Source of the DNA: a virus
Lineage: Duplodnaviria; Caudoviricetes
IMG/VR virus record: IMGVR_UViG_3300028833_000061
Coordinates: 64,001 to 128,000 of that record
Strand: one strand, 5' to 3'
Length of the DNA: 64,000 nt
In this document: positions 37,687 through 47,800 of the stretch, piece by piece
How positions within the stretch are numbered: position 1 is the first letter of the stretch
How the letters are laid out: every line of letters starts with the position of its first letter
Made by a program: the position numbers and the translations under genes
Notes under the pieces: generated by a model
The model's input: the letters and a program-made list of their open reading frames with translations, nothing else
Databases searched by the model: none
Told to the model about the DNA's origin: nothing

Positions 37687-38211
37687 TTAGTACCGATATT
37701 CAGGGATTTCCAACGTCAATCCTCCGTCTTCGTCAAAGCCGGATGTCATTATCTCGTAGTCGTAGTCCTGTATACCGGCACGCATGGCCTCGACAACGTC
37801 TTTTGGAACGTTGTGTATGTCCTTGTGCTCTCCGGTCATTCTGAAGACGACCTGTGGAATGCCCATGGAATCTGCAAAATTTATAAGATCCATCATATGA
37901 ATCTGCTTGATGAACGTGTTGGATACGATAACAGTCGCTCCACGCATCATAGACTGGATAGCACCACTGTTGCACCACTCGATCGCGTCAGGCAGTCTTT
38001 CCTTGGACCACTCATATTTTCCATTCTTCATGAAGAACTGGTCATTCTCGTAGTGAACGATACCATGATCGGACGTACTTAGCTCAAGGAGCCTGTTTGC
38101 GAACGTAGTTTTGCCTGATCCAGGTGCTCCGCGAACGATTATCAGCTTCTGAGGATGGAAAACAAACCGAAGCCACGATGTGGTTTCTGTCGCATCAAGT
38201 TTGATTGTCAT
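37687..38211 (-). CDS. P-loop kinase (AAA_33 / polynucleotide-kinase-like)
   Basis: IIVRGAPGSGKTT, ENDQFF, VIVSNTF, HNVP. Confidence 0.85.
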   Translation of the reverse strand: MTIKLDATETTSWLRFVFHPQKLIIVRGAPGSGKTTFANRLLELSTSDHGIVHYENDQFFMKNGKYEWSKERLPDAIEWCNSGAIQSMMRGATVIVSNTFIKQIHMMDLINFADSMGIPQVVFRMTGEHKDIHNVPKDVVEAMRAGIQDYDYEIMTSGFDEDGGLTLEIPEYRY

Positions 38212-38252
38212 TTTTTGGTTGTTTGGTTGGTTGTTTTTGGCGTAAAAACTAA

Positions 38253-38280
38253 GAAAAAACGCAGCCTTTTACGGCTACGC
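38253..38280 (-). terminator. Intrinsic terminator
   Basis: Minus strand GCGTAGCC-gtaaaa-GGCTGCGT followed by TTTTT. Confidence 0.6.
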
Positions 38281-38332
38281 TTTTCCGTTCATGTAATTAT
38301 AACGCAATTTTTAACAAAAATAACGTTTTTCG

Positions 38333-39724
38333 CTATTTTGCGAGCGCTCTAACAGCAGGAGCGACAAGATGCTCTATTTTCGGGTAAACTCCGAAGAAAA
38401 ACGGGTACGCCATAGCGGCTCCGCGGTCATCCGCTATGCCCCTGTTAAGTTCTTCTACATTATAGTTCATCGCTTCCCTGGCCGCGTCTGCATATCTATC
38501 GAAAACACCAGCAAATTCCGGCTTTTTTAAGTCCTCTGGGCCAATTCCGAGCATCGAAAGACGTTCTCCGAACGCTCTATTGAACGACTCATTGTCCGTT
38601 ATGTGATACGCATTAAGTATAGATTCTACGTTGGATCTGTATTCATCTGCCTTTTCCATGTCTCCAGACCCAATCGCATCGGCATAATCATACACTGTCT
38701 TAAGGTCTTCCAGTGTTTTGTTTATTTCGTTGGCCTTAGCGATCATGTTGCTGCGCGCTTCTCGCTTGTCTAGAATTCCATTGATTGCGGAAAGCGAATG
38801 CCCTAGTATGTTTGCCTGTCCAAGCGGGCTGAATGAATCCGAAAACGTCGGTGTCATACCGAGCATTATCTTAGACGTATCAGAAAATCCCTTAGAGTCG
38901 TCCTGTACAGGCGGAACAGTGACATCGCCTAGAACACCGTGTGTAGCTCCGTATGAAGGATCCCTGCCTGCTCGTGTAACAGTCTCTATTCCCATGGGAA
39001 CAGCCTTAGCCATAGCTTGTGCATACGCTATCGGTGCCTTTGCTATAGCGGTTCCGCTGCCAAGTTCCATTGCCAAAAGGCTTGCATCGGCTATAGGCTT
39101 TTCTGCAGTCACAACCCCGCCTGGATTGTCCGGGTCAGAATACAAAGAGTGTCTTAGCTTTTCGTGGTTGTAGTTAAGCCACTTTTCCCAGTCCTTTGCG
39201 TTTCTTTCTCTCCCAAACGGTGCTCCAGCTATGTCTGCTATTCTTGCACTTCCGAGCATGGCCCTGTTTTTAAGGTCGTCAGCTGCCACTACAGGGGCAA
39301 AGAACGCATCGTGTACCCGTGTTAGCGCAGAATTGTCTACAGTACCGGCTATTCCATTGTCAGGCGTATATCCAGAGCCTGTCATCCAGTTGACTGTGCC
39401 GTTTACAGCTCCTCTAGTCGCATGTACCAAGTCTCTTGGTGTATCGTATGCGACAGCTTTAGCGGCGGCAGGCAAGTCTCTAGTGATGAAATCCTTGCCC
39501 ATTCGATACAGGTCTTTTCCTGTATCTACAACGGTTCCGCCAATTACCTTTCCCCAGTCTGTGCGTCCGTGCGATTCCGGGTCGCTCTGCACTGCTATCG
39601 AGTCTTGTACACGCTGTACATTGCTTGGATCTTTCCATATAGCCTTTACGGCATCTCTTTCGGCCGGACGAGGCCCGGCCTGTTTTTGCATACCTAGCAG
39701 GTGTAATAGCGCCCTTGTTTTCAT
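38333..39724 (-). CDS. Putative virion (internal head) protein
   Basis: 463 aa, Ala/Gly-rich, N-terminal GMQKQAG motif. Confidence 0.5.
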   Translation of the reverse strand: MKTRALLHLLGMQKQAGPRPAERDAVKAIWKDPSNVQRVQDSIAVQSDPESHGRTDWGKVIGGTVVDTGKDLYRMGKDFITRDLPAAAKAVAYDTPRDLVHATRGAVNGTVNWMTGSGYTPDNGIAGTVDNSALTRVHDAFFAPVVAADDLKNRAMLGSARIADIAGAPFGRERNAKDWEKWLNYNHEKLRHSLYSDPDNPGGVVTAEKPIADASLLAMELGSGTAIAKAPIAYAQAMAKAVPMGIETVTRAGRDPSYGATHGVLGDVTVPPVQDDSKGFSDTSKIMLGMTPTFSDSFSPLGQANILGHSLSAINGILDKREARSNMIAKANEINKTLEDLKTVYDYADAIGSGDMEKADEYRSNVESILNAYHITDNESFNRAFGERLSMLGIGPEDLKKPEFAGVFDRYADAAREAMNYNVEELNRGIADDRGAAMAYPFFFGVYPKIEHLVAPAVRALAK

Positions 39725-41071
39725 CTATACGTTTATGTAATGGATGGACACTAGTCCGTTGTGTGCATCCCATGTAAATACCTGATGCTTCTTAACAGCG
39801 CCGATGAATCTTTCAAGATAGCTCCAAGAGTCGGATTCACACGGTGATCCTATTCTGCGCGTGATGAGCCCTGCATTCTCGTCCACCACCTTTTCGCAAT
39901 GCAGATGGCCCATGTGCAGCTCCCTGTACACCGTGCTTCCCCACTCCTTCGGGAACTCGGCCGGAATTGAAGCTATCGTACGTTTCTGATTTACATCTCC
40001 GTGGTTGTAGAACAGGCCTACGTTTCCGAAAGTAAACGCCTGCGTAGGGGTGTAGTCTTCCTTAAAATGAATAATGTCCTTGTTGTCGGAGAAGTACTCC
40101 TTTAGAGCGCAGTACAGGAAGAACTCCATCGCCCTTGCGTGATTTCCTGCACAAAGCATGACGTTCACGACAGGAAACACCTTGGCTAGCTGCTCGATGA
40201 AATACTTGTACATGTCTAGTCCGCCCATGAACATCTTCCTGAAGTCAGCGGCATTCTGTTGAGGGGTTCCCTTTGTCGTAGTAGTCGTTGACTCGCTGTT
40301 GAAGAAGTCTGACCCTATTACTAGCAGGCACTCGTCGGCGTTTGTCGTTGTCTGCAGATCTATGATTGAGTTGACGATCTTGTAGAAATACTCTTCCGCG
40401 ATATCCAGGTCGTAAGACGTGTGTGAAGCTATGTCGTTTGCTATCCTGCCGTAATGAAGTTCGATCGGTGGTATCTCTAGAAGCCTTGGAGCCCTGCCTA
40501 TGTTAGAGCCATCACGAACGTGTGGTGCTTTCTTGAGCTTTTCGCACTTTCCGATCTTTCCAGAAAACGCCTCTTTTGCGAGCGCCTCGTAGTCCTTGGC
40601 AGTGAGATCGGCCTCGTTCTTCGGCAGAATGACAGCCTTGATGGCGAAGCAGTCCTTGTTAACGCTCTTGGACGGAACGTCCCAGTTGGACAGCGTGTAC
40701 TTTCCAAGCTTGAACAGCTTAGGATCGTATCCTAGCGCCTGCAGAATGACCTCAGGTGTCTTCTTTACGTCATGGTCGAAGTATGCCTTCTTGAAAAGCT
40801 TGATACGGTTGAAGTCCGCATCTACATACTCCTTGCCGTCTTCTGGCTGGAAGTCAGTGTCGTATGCCGGAGCAGAGAGATCTTCTACATACTCTGTAGC
40901 GTCAGCAGGTTCTGCGCACGAGGCATACCAGCGGGAGTATCTTTTCCTGAGCTGCTCTCCTGTTACTTTTTGCTTTGTTTCCTTGTTGAAATATACGGCT
41001 GCTTCGTTCCAGGATTTTCCTGACTCACGCAGGAACATTACGTGGTGGAATATTTCTGTTATGTCTTTCAT
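39725..41071 (-). CDS. Phage metallophosphoesterase with N-terminal HTH-like region
   Basis: ELHYG, GSDFFN, AGNH, NHGD, MGHLH motifs. Confidence 0.8.
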   Translation of the reverse strand: MKDITEIFHHVMFLRESGKSWNEAAVYFNKETKQKVTGEQLRKRYSRWYASCAEPADATEYVEDLSAPAYDTDFQPEDGKEYVDADFNRIKLFKKAYFDHDVKKTPEVILQALGYDPKLFKLGKYTLSNWDVPSKSVNKDCFAIKAVILPKNEADLTAKDYEALAKEAFSGKIGKCEKLKKAPHVRDGSNIGRAPRLLEIPPIELHYGRIANDIASHTSYDLDIAEEYFYKIVNSIIDLQTTTNADECLLVIGSDFFNSESTTTTTKGTPQQNAADFRKMFMGGLDMYKYFIEQLAKVFPVVNVMLCAGNHARAMEFFLYCALKEYFSDNKDIIHFKEDYTPTQAFTFGNVGLFYNHGDVNQKRTIASIPAEFPKEWGSTVYRELHMGHLHCEKVVDENAGLITRRIGSPCESDSWSYLERFIGAVKKHQVFTWDAHNGLVSIHYINV

Positions 41072-41091
41072 TGGCTGGTTTGGTTTGTGGT

Positions 41092-42300
41092 TTATTTGAG
41101 TTTTTTGATGAAAAGATCGCCATCGTCTGATACGTGGAATCTGAATATTCTTCCATTAGGCGACACTAAATCTATGTGCTCGACCGGCGTATTGATATCG
41201 TTGAGCGTAAGGCCTGAGTAGTTTTTGACCGTAGTCATTTGAAAAACAGTCTCAGCTACCCCCTGGACTATTACATTTTGAATATGTTCGCACGTCGTGG
41301 TGTATTCATTTGCTTCTGCTCCGTCACAAGTCACACTATAGGTCACACTCGGCGAGGCGCCTACGTTTACATGTACATCTACTGAATACTCGTGCTCCGT
41401 TTCAACCGTGAACGAGCCGTCGTACACGTTAGCCGTGTCTTGCGAGTAATCAAGCTCGATATCTGCCTTGTATATGTAGATTACACACTCGTTTGACTCT
41501 GCCGACTTTTCGCGAAGCTTTATACTTCCGCAAATCTTTGCTTTAGATCCAGAACTTGTGGAATACGTCATTATCCCGTCTATCGTAATCGAGTTAGTAC
41601 TGTAGAATAGAGCTACGGCTCGAACAGATCCTGGACGTATAGACAGATCTCCTGTCATTGAGTCTCCGGCCTTGCTGACCTTTGCAGATCCCATCGAATT
41701 GGTTGCATCTATAAGATCAGTCTCGCTAACGGCCCAAGGTGCCGAATCTGCAGGTATATAGCCTGAATCGTCTACAAGTACTGTCGATCTGAACTTCAAC
41801 GTGTTTTCGACGTCGTTTGTTCCGTCACCGAGTTGTATGGCACCGTTTGCATCTGCCTGTGCGCCCTTTCCAACAGCTACGCGGTTCGACCCTACAAACG
41901 AATAGAACTCAGGATCTGTCTCATATGTAGCTAGGTTCTGTATAAGGTTTGATACTGCAGAATCAGCGACACGCATGGCCGTGTTTGTTGCCATCTCTAT
42001 AGTTGAATCAAGCCTGAATGTCACGTTTTCAGAAAGACGGGCCAGTTCTTCCTGATCTCTGCGGCTTCCGTTTTCATTGACCCACTGAAAGACATCAGTA
42101 AACACGTGGTTTGTAGGGATGACGGAATAGTCAAGCGTGCCTTCGGGCCCGAGAAGAGGTATGTAGTTCTCGTACCTTGGAACACCACCTTCTTTTGTCG
42201 TACCCTTGGTTCTAAGAGTGGCTAGGATCGTTGACGCTGACTGCCCCATAGAGCAGGAGCACGCCACAAGAAACACAACTATTGTATTTAGAAACTTCAT
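41092..42300 (-). CDS. Fibre/adhesin-like protein with N-terminal signal peptide
   Basis: MKFLNTIVVFLVACSCSMG leader; YadA-like VAVGKGAQA..AIQLG; VSKAGDSMTGDL fibre repeat; C-terminal LVSPNG..F.VSDDGDL. Confidence 0.6.
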   Translation of the reverse strand: MKFLNTIVVFLVACSCSMGQSASTILATLRTKGTTKEGGVPRYENYIPLLGPEGTLDYSVIPTNHVFTDVFQWVNENGSRRDQEELARLSENVTFRLDSTIEMATNTAMRVADSAVSNLIQNLATYETDPEFYSFVGSNRVAVGKGAQADANGAIQLGDGTNDVENTLKFRSTVLVDDSGYIPADSAPWAVSETDLIDATNSMGSAKVSKAGDSMTGDLSIRPGSVRAVALFYSTNSITIDGIMTYSTSSGSKAKICGSIKLREKSAESNECVIYIYKADIELDYSQDTANVYDGSFTVETEHEYSVDVHVNVGASPSVTYSVTCDGAEANEYTTTCEHIQNVIVQGVAETVFQMTTVKNYSGLTLNDINTPVEHIDLVSPNGRIFRFHVSDDGDLFIKKLK

Positions 42301-42743
42301 TTATTTCTCAGCTTTCTTCTGCTTATCTTGTCCCCTGGCTCTATGCCGTGTTTCTTGCAAAAGTCGTACGGAAGCTCATATGCGTCGCGCGACTCGCGTT
42401 TCTCTGCAGAATACGACTTTTTCCCTTCTTTATCAACCTCCATCTGCAGTATCTCGGTGATCGTACCTTCCGGGTCTGCAAACACAAGGTCGAGCGGAAA
42501 ATTCGTATCCTTCATCCAGAAGTTTCGGCTTCCTGGAAACACCATGCCGCCGAATGGCTCCAACGCATCCCTATTTGACAGCCCCTTTCTCTTCTTCTTG
42601 TACGTATCGGCTATCTGCAGCAGGGATCCGGCCTTCTTCTTGCCGTCCTTGCCGCTGAAAACGTACAGGCGGCGTTCAAGCGGTTCTGACGCCTCAACGC
42701 CGCCTGCGGGTACGTTTTTCACCATTTCGGCGAATTTTACCAT
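42297..42743 (-). CDS. DUF192 family protein
   Basis: KGLSNR..GMVF..FWMKDTNFPLDLVF..EL..GIEPGD. Confidence 0.85.
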   Translation of the reverse strand: MVKFAEMVKNVPAGGVEASEPLERRLYVFSGKDGKKKAGSLLQIADTYKKKRKGLSNRDALEPFGGMVFPGSRNFWMKDTNFPLDLVFADPEGTITEILQMEVDKEGKKSYSAEKRESRDAYELPYDFCKKHGIEPGDKISRRKLRNK

Positions 42744-43042
42744 CAGATCATTCCAAGGTTCTTCGCTGTTGCCACGATGTTGTCTTCGGCAGATTGTGCG
42801 TTGACGACAGTGTCGGTCGGTGCAAGCCTTGCCTGAACTGTAGCGTTGAACACGTCACGCCGCTCCTTGCTCTTGTTGATGAGGTATGTAACAACTGTAG
42901 CGATCGACATGATTCCGCCGATGATCGTAGGAGCGGCCTTCGTGATGACGTCCGCTGTCTCCTGCGACATGCCGAATACCATAACTGCAATTCCGACAAT
43001 GTTGGCTACGAGAGCTGTGATACCTTCGTTGGTTACTTTCAT
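42743..43042 (-). CDS. Holin-like two-helix membrane protein
   Basis: Two transmembrane segments and a charged C-terminus, 99 aa. Confidence 0.5.
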   Translation of the reverse strand: MKVTNEGITALVANIVGIAVMVFGMSQETADVITKAAPTIIGGIMSIATVVTYLINKSKERRDVFNATVQARLAPTDTVVNAQSAEDNIVATAKNLGMI

Positions 43043-43257
43043 TTGTTTTTATTTGCTTTTGTGAGTTGGTTTATTTTTTTCTGTATAGACGCAAATTTCT
43101 TAAGCTCTCTTGCGAGTACGCGCATCTTCGCGCTTTCTACCTGTTCAGCAGCTTTTCTAAGTTTTATTTCGTTTGCAGTAGGAACCTTGTAGCCTGCTCT
43201 CTTGCACAAAGCGCTAAGTCTGTTTATGAATTTATCTGTGACAGGTGTATGTGTCAT
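43039..43257 (-). CDS. Small basic K-x-A motif protein
   Basis: KRAG, KAAE, KFAS. Confidence 0.6.
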   Translation of the reverse strand: MTHTPVTDKFINRLSALCKRAGYKVPTANEIKLRKAAEQVESAKMRVLARELKKFASIQKKINQLTKANKNK

Positions 43258-43916
43258 TTGTTGTCCCTCAATGCCTTATGTAGACCCTTCGACAATATTT
43301 CATTGTCCACGTTCTTAAGGTCAGGTATCCGATTGAACTGTGACGCCATGTCCTGGATGTTCTCTTTTAGATACCTGTCTATGTTCAAAGTGTTGCCAAG
43401 CGAGGCGAGGCTGTTTCTTATGGCCTGCTCGTCAGGCTCTGTGTCGAACACCTGGTCGAATATAGGATGGAACGCCGTGTCGTTGTAACCGTCGTTCTTC
43501 ATCGTAGCACGTATATAATCCTTTATAGTAGGCGAGAAAGGCAGCATATCGCGATTCATACCTATCTCTGCAATACCCCACGCAGCCTCCTCTGTAGTCA
43601 CAGGATCGAACATATCTGCGTATGGCTCGCCAGAGGCAAGCGTGTTGCATACTCCTAGGAAGGCGTCTATCCTTCTGAAGAACGCGTCGGATACCATAGC
43701 CACCTGAATGGCACACCAGCGGTCCATAACAGTAGTGCACGGCTCGCATTCAAACTCCGCCTTGCACTCAAGAGCCACGGTAACAGGTTCCCATCCGTAT
43801 ATCTCCTGCCCGAACCGGTCGAGCAGGATTGCATGCACAGTGGTGCCTAGCGTCTGGCTTGATTGGAGCAGCTCCTGCCTTGCGGCAATCCCAGCTCCAG
43901 ACAGATTAAACGGCAT
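43254..43916 (-). CDS. Hypothetical protein (probable morphogenesis)
   Basis: 220 aa ORF coupled to its neighbours. Confidence 0.7.
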   Translation of the reverse strand: MPFNLSGAGIAARQELLQSSQTLGTTVHAILLDRFGQEIYGWEPVTVALECKAEFECEPCTTVMDRWCAIQVAMVSDAFFRRIDAFLGVCNTLASGEPYADMFDPVTTEEAAWGIAEIGMNRDMLPFSPTIKDYIRATMKNDGYNDTAFHPIFDQVFDTEPDEQAIRNSLASLGNTLNIDRYLKENIQDMASQFNRIPDLKNVDNEILSKGLHKALRDNK

Positions 43917-44952
43917 AGCTCTGGATTGACCTCACTAGCGCTTTCTTGTCAGGCAGCGGAAGAGAATACAGCTCATCACGAAGCTTGGACTCGTCGATCT
44001 TCTCTGCAGTCTTGATCCTGTCTCCGAAATCATCGCCCAGAGCATTAGTGTAAACGTCTACAGGCAGCTCAGCAAGCTTCTTCAGGCTGAACACGTGTCC
44101 ACCCATCTCGACAGAATCCTTGACCTGCTCCTCGGCCTCCTTGATGGAGATGTCGAAGCAGAAACGAGAAGGAGGCAGAACTGTGCGATTGTACTGCTTG
44201 TCGAGGCCGAGATCGTGGTCAAGGTCCTCGATATAGCCTGCCAGCTTTTCAAGATTCTCGGAGAACTCCTTCGTATCGGCTTTCATAAGAGCCTCTGCCA
44301 TCTTTGAAACCTTGACCTGCGTGGCAGGATCCTTGATACGGCTTACGCGGTCTATGACGTTCTCCATTAGGAATGAGCGATCCGGCACGCCGAGTCCGGC
44401 TTCCATTCTAACGGTGTCGTTATAGTCCATTCCGTATTCTGCGCACTTCTTTACGATATTACGCGCAACCTCATGCCGATCTACCGGAAGCAGTTTATAG
44501 CAATTCTCCTCGAAATAAGCGTTTGCCTGCTTTACGCCCTCCTTGTCGAACATAGGATACAGCTTCTTGCTGAAGCATCCCCAGTTCTCGGCATAGTCGG
44601 CAGCCTGCTTTTCCTGTTTTGGAGTGCGAATGCGCTCCATCACATCATCGACATCCTTTCTGATTCCATGGACGTCGGCAGCCTTCTTGATCCTGCCTTC
44701 CATGTAGTCGCGAACAGCCTTGTTCTTATAGTCGATCTCGGCGGTCTTTGCGAAGTACGCGGCCGAAAGCCATGTGCTTGCCTTGGAGTCGAGCGGGAAC
44801 TGCCTGCGGTCTTCGTCTGCAAACAGGGTGTCCCTGAAATCGTAAGACGCGGTTTTCTCAAGCGCTTCCGAATCTAGAACGTACTTCGGAATCTGGCAGG
44901 TGTTGCCGATGTTGAGCAGAACCGCTTTCGTACTGTCGTGTAGTATGTCCAT
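43906..44952 (-). CDS. K-x-A motif-rich putative head-associated protein
   Basis: 348 aa with about 11 K-x-A sites and internally repeated FPLD..S.AYF / YPMFD..A.AYF units. Confidence 0.65.
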   Translation of the reverse strand: MDILHDSTKAVLLNIGNTCQIPKYVLDSEALEKTASYDFRDTLFADEDRRQFPLDSKASTWLSAAYFAKTAEIDYKNKAVRDYMEGRIKKAADVHGIRKDVDDVMERIRTPKQEKQAADYAENWGCFSKKLYPMFDKEGVKQANAYFEENCYKLLPVDRHEVARNIVKKCAEYGMDYNDTVRMEAGLGVPDRSFLMENVIDRVSRIKDPATQVKVSKMAEALMKADTKEFSENLEKLAGYIEDLDHDLGLDKQYNRTVLPPSRFCFDISIKEAEEQVKDSVEMGGHVFSLKKLAELPVDVYTNALGDDFGDRIKTAEKIDESKLRDELYSLPLPDKKALVRSIQSYAV

Positions 44953-45055
44953 TTGGTACCTTTTGTTTAGACGGAAACAGCTTTAAGGCTTGTTTCTTTA
45001 CTTTTTTGTGCACAGGCAATATGATAGACTTATTGAAAAGAAAACGCAATAGTAG

Positions 45056-47800
45056 ATGAAAATCGATCCCAAACTGTTTCTGAGGGCTCTAGGCTCGAGT
45101 TTACCAGAGGATCCCTCGGAACACAACCACAGCAAGCCTATAAAATGCAGGTGTCCTCTCCACGCAGGCGATGATACCATGTCCGTCATGTATACTTCGG
45201 ACGGAAATATGGTGTTTCGCTGCGTAGAGCATACCTGTAATTTCAATGGCGACGCCATCGCTCTTGTATGTGCCAGGTTCAATGTATCAATAAAGGCCGC
45301 CGTAGAGATGTTCAAGCCAGGCGGAATGCTGGCTTCATGCACCAGGGAGCCGATGAGCACCGACGATGCCAACGTATATCTAGGCAAGGCAAATACTCAG
45401 CAGCGTATAAAAAGCTACCTATCCAAATGCCAACAGTTGCTAGCCAGGAATCCGTCGAAGTGCAAGCTTAGGCCAGGCCTGACACCGGCTAATCTTAAAT
45501 TGCTTCCTCCAGAGGTCGGTTTGCTCGACATAAGCGATGACATGCCTGAGGCGTTTTCTGAATTCAGGAAGTCAAAATACAAAAAAGCGAATCTAATAAC
45601 ATTTCCATTCACTTATAACGGAGAGGTGACGCACGTGCTTGTAGTCGACGCAGACAATACTGCGTTCAGGCGTGATATCTGCATAACCAGACAAGGACTT
45701 GGTGTATTCGGCGAGGACATAACTGCCTATACCAGGAATCACACAATAGCGGCATTTACAGATCCTGTTACTGCATCTATCTACTATGGCACCATACAGC
45801 CAACCTCAAGCAGCAGACCGCCTGTCATGGCTGTTTCTGGGTTCCCACTTCCACACTCTTTCTCTGGTTTGCACGGTATAAGCATTGTAGGAACAGCCGA
45901 CGCTCCTATAACTTTGGATTATCTGCTTAGCGCAGTAGAAGCAGACGATGTCGTCGAAGGAGAAGAACTTCAGCCTTATGTAGGAGTGTACTCCTGTACA
46001 CGTGACATTCGCGATGTCAAAGAAGTCCTGTATTCTGCCATGTCGCAGGCAGAGCAGGAGGTGAAGACTCTAGAGCGGGCAATTGCCGACGAGATCAACA
46101 GGCTTGTAAAGGCAGGAAAGCGCGAACTTGTATTCGACGCGTTCCAGCAGCATCAGCCGCCTCAGCATTTAATCGAGGCGGTCGCGGAAGCCATAAATAC
46201 GTGCAAATACGACGAAGATTGCCTGTCTATCGTAAGAAGTATAGCTGTCACAGAAGTAGGAAAGCACGTACTCGGAAACAAGAAGACAATACTTTCGTCT
46301 GCTACCGGTACTATCTGTGCAGGGTCTAAAGGAGCAAATGACGTTCTGTCGAACTTTGGAATAAGGATCGACAAAAGAGTTCGCGGAGCAGATGGCTCTG
46401 ATTACTTCGTCTGCCTGATATCTCCGGCGGACAGGAGCGTTACCCCAGTATACGTAAACATACCCGAAAGTACGTGTAGCTCGGTTTCACGCATGCGGAG
46501 CCTTATATCCAAGGCATTCTCGGCCTCTGGACAGTCTCCTTACATAGCTATGTACGACGTACCTGGCGTAAGCTGGTATGACGTAATGTCAAAGCTGGCG
46601 GAGGGTTGCAGTGTCAGGAAGGAAGTGACCTCTCTCGGTGTAAACGACATAAGAGATATATACTTCCCGAACTCCATAATTTCAACTAGGACGAACGAGG
46701 TTCTCAACCAAGACGACGTTTCTCACGTCGACGAGGACGCCTGTAACAGATATTCTGCCGTGCACAACACGGAGAACGCCAACTTCATGCTGCCGTTCAA
46801 GCTGCTTGCAGAGAAATGTGACAATATCGAAGTTGGAGCGTTCTTGGCTGGCCTTATGCACTTTATGGGCCACACTGTAGTGCTTGCAAGGTACGGGCGC
46901 TGGGCATCAAACAAGGCAAAACACCTGTTTTTCGTCGAAACAGAGCCTGGCTGCTTCGATTCTGCTATAGCCAAGCTGAATTCTGTATTCACGGACGAGC
47001 CTTTAGCAGAGATAAGCACCAGCGCTCCAGTCAGATCTCTTTCAAGGTATAGCCAACTTGGAACGCTCCCGCTCATCTGCAGAATTCCAAGGGTAGACAA
47101 CATACAACGTCTGCTTAAGGCGGTTGATTCTTCCGAGTTTCCGATAATAGGGATCGTGGATTCGTTCACAGCAAGCGCTTTGAACGGCAGAGTAAACGCT
47201 GCCTACATAACTCCGTCAAACGAGGCAACAGCAGCATACTCCATACACGACAAGACCGTACACGACATCCGTGAGTCTTTTCCGCACATGCTCCTCAAGA
47301 TGTGTACAGACAGCAAGGTTCAGGAGGAGATACAGGATGGCCAGGTGTGCACGCGCGCGTTCGAGCACCTGTGCTCAGTGTTAGGCATACCCCCGTCAAA
47401 GCTGCTGCAAAACATGTGCAGTAAGGTATTTGCTGGGGCGGGAATGTCCGGCGTTGACTCGTTCTTCGACAGGCTACATTTCGGCACGACCGGAATAAGC
47501 TCGAAGATGAACCTGTGTATCGTGTACGGGAAACCGCAGCGAGATTTTAGCTTCACCAAGCGCGGACAGCACATATTCGTAATGGAAGACCGTGTTCTTA
47601 TAGGCAAATACGTGGTAGACTTGGTGAACAAGTTCTCTCACAACGTATTCAGCGTCGATCAGCTGAACGAAGAGCTTAATCAGCGTGAAATGCTTGTCGC
47701 TCTTCCAGACGATGTCGACGTCGACGAAAGCCGCTGCTGGTGCATACCCAGAGATATTTACGACGAAAAGATAATTAAAAAACCAATCCAACTTGACTAG
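45056..47800 (+). CDS. Large protein with N-terminal CHC2 (primase-type) zinc finger
   Basis: CPLH..FRCVEHTC..GDAIAL..SIKAAV; no clear TOPRIM or Walker A motif in the remainder. Confidence 0.65.
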   Translation: MKIDPKLFLRALGSSLPEDPSEHNHSKPIKCRCPLHAGDDTMSVMYTSDGNMVFRCVEHTCNFNGDAIALVCARFNVSIKAAVEMFKPGGMLASCTREPMSTDDANVYLGKANTQQRIKSYLSKCQQLLARNPSKCKLRPGLTPANLKLLPPEVGLLDISDDMPEAFSEFRKSKYKKANLITFPFTYNGEVTHVLVVDADNTAFRRDICITRQGLGVFGEDITAYTRNHTIAAFTDPVTASIYYGTIQPTSSSRPPVMAVSGFPLPHSFSGLHGISIVGTADAPITLDYLLSAVEADDVVEGEELQPYVGVYSCTRDIRDVKEVLYSAMSQAEQEVKTLERAIADEINRLVKAGKRELVFDAFQQHQPPQHLIEAVAEAINTCKYDEDCLSIVRSIAVTEVGKHVLGNKKTILSSATGTICAGSKGANDVLSNFGIRIDKRVRGADGSDYFVCLISPADRSVTPVYVNIPESTCSSVSRMRSLISKAFSASGQSPYIAMYDVPGVSWYDVMSKLAEGCSVRKEVTSLGVNDIRDIYFPNSIISTRTNEVLNQDDVSHVDEDACNRYSAVHNTENANFMLPFKLLAEKCDNIEVGAFLAGLMHFMGHTVVLARYGRWASNKAKHLFFVETEPGCFDSAIAKLNSVFTDEPLAEISTSAPVRSLSRYSQLGTLPLICRIPRVDNIQRLLKAVDSSEFPIIGIVDSFTASALNGRVNAAYITPSNEATAAYSIHDKTVHDIRESFPHMLLKMCTDSKVQEEIQDGQVCTRAFEHLCSVLGIPPSKLLQNMCSKVFAGAGMSGVDSFFDRLHFGTTGISSKMNLCIVYGKPQRDFSFTKRGQHIFVMEDRVLIGKYVVDLVNKFSHNVFSVDQLNEELNQREMLVALPDDVDVDESRCWCIPRDIYDEKIIKKPIQLD

